A stretch of DNA of 64,000 nucleotides from an uncultured cyanobacterium (GTDB lineage Bacteria; Cyanobacteriota; Cyanobacteriia; Cyanobacteriales; Microcystaceae), in contig CAWEDJ010000098.1 in assembly GCA_963807635.1 (NCBI GenBank), forward strand, positions 1-64,000, given 5' to 3'. A model generated the notes under the pieces. It ran no database searches. It was not told the DNA's origin and saw nothing but the letters and a program-made list of their open reading frames with translations. Position numbers and translations under genes: made by a program. Positions 57,419 through 64,000 of this stretch are shown here, one piece after another. Position 1 is the stretch's first letter. The number at the start of each line of letters is the position of its first letter.

Positions 57419-57489
57419 CCCCCTAAATTCTCCAATTCTAGAGGACTTTCAATGAATTGTTCTCCCCAAAGTTGGGGGGCTAGGGGGGC
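57419..57489. repeat. Cyanobacterial palindromic dispersed repeat (copy 2)
   Basis: ccccctaaattctccaattctagaggacttt ... tccccaaagttggggggctagggggg. Confidence 0.8.
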
Positions 57490-57541
57490 GAAAACATACT
57501 TCAAATCAGCAAAGCCTGAGTTTATTATGAATTTAAGATAA

Positions 57542-58675
57542 TTGGGAGGTCAGGGTTTGAAGTTTTCCCAATGGCTCGGCTTTATTGGTTTTATTTTATG
57601 TTTGTTAGTATTATGGCAAATTCGACAATTATTACTCTTATTATTTGCCGCTATTGTTGTTGCCAATGCACTCAATCATCTAGCTAACTGGTTCCAATCC
57701 AAACGGATTAAACGGGGATACGCGATCGCCCTTTCGGTGAGTTTATTAATTAGTTCCCTGATAATTTTTGGCTGGTTAATTATTCCGCCTTTTATCCCCC
57801 AATTTCAGGAATTATTAACCCTCATGCCCAGGGGAATTGAGCGTTTGATCACTTGGCTAAGAACTAATGCTTCGACCATTGATCCCCAACTGATTCATGC
57901 CCTGCCCAATCTTCAGCAACTTACCCAACAATTACAACCTGTGATCAATCAGATTGCAGGCCAAGGTCTGAATATTTTCTATAGCACGCTAGGACTACCC
58001 CTAACGCTGTTATTGCTCTTTGTTTTAAGTTTGATGCTATTAGTCGATCCCCATCCCTATCGCCAGGGTTTTATTCGTCTTTTTCCGTCTTTTTACCGAT
58101 CGCGAATAGATTATATCCTCGTTCTCTGTGAAGAGTCCTTAGAAAATTGGTTAATTAGCATTTTATTTCGCATGGGGACGATCGCCCTGGGTAGCTTCAT
58201 TGGATTACTCATTCTAGGTATTCCTGCGGCCCTTGCTCTGGCTTTACTCGCGGGATTATTAGCTTTTATCCCTAACATTGGCCCCCTATTAAGCGTCATT
58301 CCCCCAATGGCCATCGCCTTGCTCGACACACCTTGGAAATCCTTAGCTGTTTTAATCTTATACCTGATTATACATCAAATTGAAAGTCATATTATTGCCC
58401 CCAAAATAATGATTCAACGGTCAAATCTATTACCAGCAATCACTCTTTTGTCCCAATTATTTTTTGCCACTTTTTTTGGATTTTTAGGATTATTTTTGGC
58501 TCTTCCCCTCAGTATTGTGGGCCAAGTTTTATTGAAAGAAATTTTAATTAAAGATGTTTTAGATAAGATTCAATCCCCCACCTGCTCCTCGGTCTTAACC
58601 AATATTTCAGAAGAAGACAAATTATCCTCTGATACAACCTCATCCAGTTCGCCTCAAGGAAACCAGTCGTTTTAG
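57542..58675 (+). CDS. AI-2E family transporter
   Basis: Multiple TM segments, 'FIPNIGP', 'QIES..I.P', 'GFLGLFLALPL'. Confidence 0.9.
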   Translation: MGGQGLKFSQWLGFIGFILCLLVLWQIRQLLLLLFAAIVVANALNHLANWFQSKRIKRGYAIALSVSLLISSLIIFGWLIIPPFIPQFQELLTLMPRGIERLITWLRTNASTIDPQLIHALPNLQQLTQQLQPVINQIAGQGLNIFYSTLGLPLTLLLLFVLSLMLLVDPHPYRQGFIRLFPSFYRSRIDYILVLCEESLENWLISILFRMGTIALGSFIGLLILGIPAALALALLAGLLAFIPNIGPLLSVIPPMAIALLDTPWKSLAVLILYLIIHQIESHIIAPKIMIQRSNLLPAITLLSQLFFATFFGFLGLFLALPLSIVGQVLLKEILIKDVLDKIQSPTCSSVLTNISEEDKLSSDTTSSSSPQGNQSF

Positions 58676-59041
58676 CTCTATAGACCCCTCTTTTTTTTTT
58701 AGTAAATTATTTTTCCTGACGGTCTCCTACATTTTTCACTTAAAAAGACCAAAAAACTGATCCAAGCGGGTCGTCAACCAGGGAATCCGAGACAGAAAAC
58801 TCCGATGAAACTCGGAAAAAAGACTTAAAAACCCACTTTATAGCTCCTCTTTTGCCATTAATCTATCTTTAGATAGAGGCGATAGGGTTTAAAATTCTGA
58901 AAACTGTGATAAAAAGGTATAATACTCCAAAAACAAGAGAGTTGAAACTTTTTGGACTTTTAAGCTCTTATCTCTTACGATAAACTTAGGTTCACATTTA
59001 GTGCAATCGCTTTTCATACGGTCTGACCGTTTATAATTTAT

Positions 59042-59296
59042 ATGGAAATACAATTGATTAACATTGGCTTCGGAAATATCGTTTCAGCGAATCGAGTCGT
59101 TGCGATCGTCAGCCCAGAATCTGCCCCTATCAAGCGAATCATTACCGATGCCCGTGAGCGCGGTCAATTGGTTGATGCTACCTATGGTCGTCGTACCAGA
59201 GCTGTGATCATTATGGATTCTAGTCACGTTGTCCTATCTGCTATTCAGCCTGAAACTGTCGCGAATCGTTTCGTTGTTAGTAAAGAATCCGTTTAA
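59042..59296 (+). CDS. remA: RemA/DUF370 family protein
   Basis: '[28 protein letters not shown]', '[11 protein letters not shown]'. Sits upstream of gmk, the usual context. Confidence 0.9.
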   Translation: MEIQLINIGFGNIVSANRVVAIVSPESAPIKRIITDARERGQLVDATYGRRTRAVIIMDSSHVVLSAIQPETVANRFVVSKESV

Positions 59297-59310
59297 CCCA
59301 GGGAAGGTTC

Positions 59311-59871
59311 ATGTCAATCGGTCAATTAATTGTATTGACAGGCCCTAGTGGTGTTGGTAAAGGGACATTGGTGCGGGAATTGTTGGCTCGGCATGGGGAG
59401 TTATTTCTCTCTATCTCAGCAACGACCCGCGCTCCCCGTACAGGAGAAACCGATGGCAAAGATTATTTTTTTGTCAGTCAAGATCGTTTCCAATCCATGA
59501 TCGCCCAGGATGAACTCTTAGAATGGGCGGAATATGCGGGAAATTATTACGGGACTCCTCTTTCTGCGGTGGAATCCCAAATTCAGCAGGGCAAAAAAGT
59601 TTTATTGGAAATTGAGGTATTAGGGGCAAGTCAGGTCAGAAAAACCTATCCCCAGGCATTAAGACTGTTTATTTTGCCGCCTTCAATGGAAGAGTTAGAG
59701 GTTCGTCTTAGGGGGCGGGGTTCTGATGCTGATGCCGCGATCGCCAAACGCCTAGCGAGAGCAAAGGAAGAATTGGCAGTAAGTCATGAATTTGACTATC
59801 AGATTGTTAACGATGATTTAGAGACCGCTTTGGACAAAATTGAACAGATTTTATTCGGGGCGATCGTATAG
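59311..59871 (+). CDS. gmk: Guanylate kinase
   Basis: 'GPSGVGKGT', 'SATTRAPR.GE.DGKDY', 'NYYGT'. Confidence 0.96.
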   Translation: MSIGQLIVLTGPSGVGKGTLVRELLARHGELFLSISATTRAPRTGETDGKDYFFVSQDRFQSMIAQDELLEWAEYAGNYYGTPLSAVESQIQQGKKVLLEIEVLGASQVRKTYPQALRLFILPPSMEELEVRLRGRGSDADAAIAKRLARAKEELAVSHEFDYQIVNDDLETALDKIEQILFGAIV

Positions 59872-59878
59872 CCATTGT

Positions 59879-61444
59879 TTAATTTCTTCTGGCCAGCCAA
59901 AGGGCTTCTGACGGTTCTAATTTTTTACCCAGCCAATAGATTTGCTCGTGGGTATTTAAAGTTACTTGGCAATTTTCTGGATTGAGTTGGGGAAAAACAC
60001 CGATGATATCCTGAAACTTGCCTTGTTTTTTATAGTAGGTGATTCCTAAAAATGTTTTACAGAGTTGATAGCCGTCTGCTTGTAGGGAAAGCTCAGTTTT
60101 TTCTGACGACCAAAGCATTAAATCTATCAAATAAATTAAGAGAACAATTAACAAGTTAAGGGCGCAAATTAGTTCAACTTCCCAAAACAATAAAGATTTT
60201 TCGGTACTGAGAAAATAAGTTAAAACCATTAAACTAGGAACAATTAAAAAACTCCAGATTGATAGAGCTAATACGGCTAAACGAGGAAAATTAGAGTAAG
60301 AATTTGAATTAATTTTTAATCGAGAGAGAAATAAATTTTTCCAGAAAAAAGATTGACCTGATGCAATTTGTAAATCTAGGCTTTCGGTTGATTGCAAAAG
60401 CTTGATCTGAGTCTGTTTTGGCTTAATGATTTTCTGAGTTTGCTGAATAACTTTTTGCCCTAGTGTTAACGGTGCATCTATTCTGAATAGTGCGGTTAAC
60501 GCTTCCCTAGCAGACTGATAGCGTTTTTCGGGTAAGGGATGGGTTAATCGTTCTAACCATTGTTTCAAGACGGGATCAATTCTTTTTTTATGATCTGACT
60601 GAATAGGTGATGGTTGAGTCATTAAATCTTCAGGTAAGGTTCCCGTTAAAAGATGAATTAATGTCGCCCCTAAGCCATAAAGATCGGATGCAGGAACCGC
60701 TTTTCCCCAATATTGTTCTAGGGGAGCATAGCCATTGGTTCCGACAACGGTAAAGGTTACTCCTGTCACATTTTTCTGAGTTTGAACGGCTCCAAAATCA
60801 ATTAAATAAATATGGCCGTCATTTCCTAAAATCAGGTTACTAGGTTTAATATCTCGATGTAAAATGGGTGGATCTTGTTCGTGTAAATAAATTAAAATTT
60901 CTAAAATTTCTTGAGCAATTTTTTTAATCTCTTTTTGATTAAAGGTTTTATTTTGATTCAATAATTCAGCTAAAGACCAACCCGCTAGATACTCTTGCGT
61001 GATCGCAAACCAGGTCATACCACCAACCTGTTTAGGCGCAATTTCAAAAGACGCATGATAACGGGGAATCCGTTCATGGTTAAGGGTTTGTAAAACTTCG
61101 GCTTCTCGTTCAAAGAGTTTAAATTCTGACCACTGCAATTGGGGACTAAAGGCTAAAAGTTTAATGGTGACGTATTGCGGCGATCGCTGAAAAAAGAGTA
61201 GTTTTAAAGCATTCAACCAATCAATATTATTGAGTTTTTCCCAACGCCAAAATAGACCAAATTCATGGGAACCTAAATCGATCACCAACCAAGTTTGTCG
61301 CCCATTAACAGGCGTTCCTAAAGGTTGTTTAAGCAGATAACGTTGATTGAGAATATCACCTATTTTAAACATATTATGTGGCCTAAGTAGGTTAGGTTGA
61401 AACCATTGAAACTCAAAAATGGAAGGCTTTTCTTCTGGTTGCAC
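59879..61444 (-). CDS. Hanks-type Ser/Thr protein kinase with C-terminal TM segments
   Basis: 'HRDIKPSN', 'IDFG', 'GTNGYAPLEQ', 'SDLYGLG'. Confidence 0.92.
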   Translation of the reverse strand: MQPEEKPSIFEFQWFQPNLLRPHNMFKIGDILNQRYLLKQPLGTPVNGRQTWLVIDLGSHEFGLFWRWEKLNNIDWLNALKLLFFQRSPQYVTIKLLAFSPQLQWSEFKLFEREAEVLQTLNHERIPRYHASFEIAPKQVGGMTWFAITQEYLAGWSLAELLNQNKTFNQKEIKKIAQEILEILIYLHEQDPPILHRDIKPSNLILGNDGHIYLIDFGAVQTQKNVTGVTFTVVGTNGYAPLEQYWGKAVPASDLYGLGATLIHLLTGTLPEDLMTQPSPIQSDHKKRIDPVLKQWLERLTHPLPEKRYQSAREALTALFRIDAPLTLGQKVIQQTQKIIKPKQTQIKLLQSTESLDLQIASGQSFFWKNLFLSRLKINSNSYSNFPRLAVLALSIWSFLIVPSLMVLTYFLSTEKSLLFWEVELICALNLLIVLLIYLIDLMLWSSEKTELSLQADGYQLCKTFLGITYYKKQGKFQDIIGVFPQLNPENCQVTLNTHEQIYWLGKKLEPSEALWLARRN

Positions 61445-61505
61445 TTTAGTTAACCCAACCTAAATTTATTTTCCCTTTTTTGTTAGAATAATTACGAAAC
61501 TCTAA

Positions 61506-61706
61506 TAGACATCTCCATAATACAATCTAGAGCTTGTAAGCTTTATTAGGTAAAGAATCTAGCTAAAAACAATTTATTTTTGTAATCCTATAATTTTTTT
61601 TGAAATTGAATTAGGAACGAGAAATCAGCGTTTTAGCCGTTGGACTATTTTGTTAATACAATAAAAAAGCTTGCTGGAAAAGGCTTGTAAGTCTTGGAGA
61701 TGTCTA
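61506..61706. mobile_element. Putative 201-bp MITE
   Basis: Perfect 12-bp terminal inverted repeat TAGACATCTCCA / TGGAGATGTCTA with no internal ORF. Confidence 0.7.
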
Positions 61707-61717
61707 ATGCATCCCTA

Positions 61718-62891
61718 CAGAAATATTGAATCCCTTAACAAAACTTTACATTTAAAGACGCAGTAACCCCAAAACAATGAAATTAGTTCGCACAGACAAT
61801 CCTCCTGAACCAGTGTACATAGCTCGTATGTTGACACATAAAACTCTGTAAATATCGCAGTTTATCTAATAAGCTTTTTCCAAATCCTTCCTCAATATCT
61901 ATTAGTTGTAAAATCAAGTACGCTATTATGCAGCTATAAATTTGTATTCTTATTCCATTCTCATTCTTCGTTATTAAATTGTCCAGTTTTAGGTTCATTT
62001 TCAAGAATTTCCACAACAACTCTATTTGCCATCTTTGTACATATATTTCTGCTATTTCTTTATTACTTAATGCTCCCTCTCCTTTAAAAGGTAAATCTGT
62101 TGCTAGTCTAAATTCAGTCCTTTCTTCTAGGTCACAAAACATTACTACTCTTACTTCTACTGCATCTTTTCCTTTCCCTACTTCACACTTTCCATTTTCT
62201 AACATTTTTAGGGTTACATTATTCTTTATTCTTAACACAAAATGTTTCTCTTTATTTCCCAATAATTCTTCAATTCTTTTCATTGATGTAAATCCTCTAT
62301 CCATTACTCCTACTGAATTTTTTGGGATTGATGCTATCGTTTCTTTTCCTTCTGTAGAATCATTTCCTTGACCAAAATGGATCACTATTCCTCCCACTTC
62401 ACTTGTTATACTATTTAGTCCACAAAATAGCTTTACTTGATGCCATTTTTCTTGCCATAATAGTTTACTTGTTAAACTGATTGCTGTCGAATCAATTGGA
62501 AATAAAGCTCTTGCTTTTTCCACTCCTTTTTTAATTGACAATCTTTTGTTTAGGTCATCAATAACTTTTTCAAATGCCTCTATTTCTCGCATCTTACTCG
62601 CCTTAGAAAATGTCGAAATTTGTACATTTATCCCTTGGAGATTCATTCTCATACATAAGTTTCTCATACTCACCATACTTTTATCTAATGCAAAACCTAT
62701 CCAGCACGATACAAATAAAAATGTATTTAGTACGGGATAATCATTTTTGGGCAATGGCTTCAGAATCTCTTTGATCAGTTTAGGAAATTTTATTGACATA
62801 GCTTTAACTTCTTTTTTATTCTTATTTTAGCTTTTTATGCTATCTATAATACTCGATTTTTTTAGACTTTTTTCGACATTCAACACTTCTG
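61718..62891 (-). mobile_element. IS4-family element
   Basis: TIRs cagaaatattgaat versus reverse complement cagaagtgttgaat (12/14). No target duplication seen. Confidence 0.8.
61783..62799 (-). CDS. IS4-family transposase
   Basis: 'IDST', 'VMDRGF', YREK-type motif 'YVQRWQIELLWKFLK'. Confidence 0.92.
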   Translation of the reverse strand: MSIKFPKLIKEILKPLPKNDYPVLNTFLFVSCWIGFALDKSMVSMRNLCMRMNLQGINVQISTFSKASKMREIEAFEKVIDDLNKRLSIKKGVEKARALFPIDSTAISLTSKLLWQEKWHQVKLFCGLNSITSEVGGIVIHFGQGNDSTEGKETIASIPKNSVGVMDRGFTSMKRIEELLGNKEKHFVLRIKNNVTLKMLENGKCEVGKGKDAVEVRVVMFCDLEERTEFRLATDLPFKGEGALSNKEIAEIYVQRWQIELLWKFLKMNLKLDNLITKNENGIRIQIYSCIIAYLILQLIDIEEGFGKSLLDKLRYLQSFMCQHTSYVHWFRRIVCAN

Positions 62892-63040
62892 GTGAGCAGG
62901 AAAATAAATTCCTCAATAAAAAAGTAAAAATCCTTTACGGAAAAGCTAAATTTAATGATTGTGAGAGCATAGAGCCTTGTGGCAAAACTAAGGTACATAC
63001 TGTCATTCTTAAAATGTCCTTAATTCAGCCAAAAAAGTGA

Positions 63041-63550
63041 TTAGGGATGAATAACCAAAGGAGTTTTCACCTTTGACCAATTAAATAACCATTTGGCATG
63101 ATCAACCGCGAGATTAATACAACCATGACTGATCGGTGTACCAAATTTTTTGTGCCAATAAGCCCCATGAATCGCGTAGCCACCACTGTAATATTGGGCA
63201 TAGGGAACGTCATCAATATCGTAATCTTCTCCTTTCATGCGATCAATTTTTCGTTTGCTTTGGATGTTAAATATTCCTGGAATGGTGGGAGTATTTTTCT
63301 TGCCTGTAGAAATAATAACGGCATACACAGGTTTTGCTCCTTCCCAAGCGGTTAAACGCTGTTTCGAGAGATTAATTTCAATCCAACGCTCCTCAGATTT
63401 TTTGAGGATAGCCATTTTTTGAGTGAGAGTATCCTGGTAGGTCTGGGCAAAAGCAACAGGGACGAATAAATTAATTTCAATCAGTTCAGTTAGGAATATT
63501 CCTGCAATAACGAACCAACTTCCCCCATATCTGACAAGCGGCGATAACAT
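63041..63550 (-). CDS. L,D-transpeptidase (YkuD family)
   Basis: 'INLSKQRL', 'STGK', 'AIHG', 'SHGCINL'. Confidence 0.92.
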   Translation of the reverse strand: MLSPLVRYGGSWFVIAGIFLTELIEINLFVPVAFAQTYQDTLTQKMAILKKSEERWIEINLSKQRLTAWEGAKPVYAVIISTGKKNTPTIPGIFNIQSKRKIDRMKGEDYDIDDVPYAQYYSGGYAIHGAYWHKKFGTPISHGCINLAVDHAKWLFNWSKVKTPLVIHP

Positions 63551-63568
63551 GAGTAATAATCCTACTAC

Positions 63569-64000
63569 GTAAGAATTCAGGTGAATGGGTTGACAAAATA
63601 ATCAGGAGTGGGAATAAGAGAAACAAGGTTATCCTCGTCAACAGAAGCTAAAGCTTCGCGCAAAAATTCTAAAACAGAGCGACCCTGAGCGCGACAAGAT
63701 TGAATCACAGTCAACAAACTGGCGGTGTGAGAAAAACCAGTCATAGAACGAGAGCCGCCCGAAACCTTACGCTTAGTCACACCTAAACGCAGGGAACGTT
63801 CTGCTAAATTATTATCAGGAGCAACTTCAGGATGGTCAAGAAAATACCACCACTGATGAGACTTGTCCTTAAGAGAAGTCAGCAACAATCCTGCGGCATA
63901 ACCAGCTTGCGGTCTCCAAGTATGAAGAGCTTGCTTTAATCTCTCCCTAAAATCGAGAACCCATCGGTCATAGAGACTTCTATCACCCGTTTCACGATAA
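63569..64000 (-). mobile_element. IS66-family element, 3' part of transposase (runs off the window)
   Basis: 'PDNNLAERSLRLGVTKRKVSGGSRS...SCRAQGR'. Frame is open to 64000. GTAA terminus at 63569. Confidence 0.88.

Overview
Cyanobacterial chromosomal segment. The HIP1 octamer GCGATCGC is very abundant, psbO, btpA, cyAbrB2 and crtP/crtB are present, and the gene content resembles Synechocystis-related Chroococcales. Most of the window is housekeeping DNA: frmA, cruP, dapB, typA, btpA, polA, crtB, crtP, fbaA, a GH38 mannosidase, a PilL-C-like CheA, era, rnc, rsmD, tatA, sigF, psbO, tRNA-Gln, cbiB, glyS, ispH, remA, gmk. It also carries five IS elements (2x IS630, IS5, IS4, partial IS66), two MITE-like elements and several palindromic dispersed repeats. 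Many genes, including essential ones, have single-base frameshifts, most likely long-read consensus errors. The most notable structure is two small accessory arrays of toxin-antitoxin-like modules separated by direct repeats of host sequence, with no recombinase visible. (i) Three ~63-bp copies of the glyS upstream spacer, each ending in HIP1, bracket a YefM/YoeB cassette and a hypothetical/aspartic-protease cassette (48.9-50.5 kb). (ii) Two decayed copies of a type IIG restriction-modification C-terminal tail bracket a DUF4160/DUF2442 pair, with an orphan antitoxin just upstream (1.3-2.4 kb).
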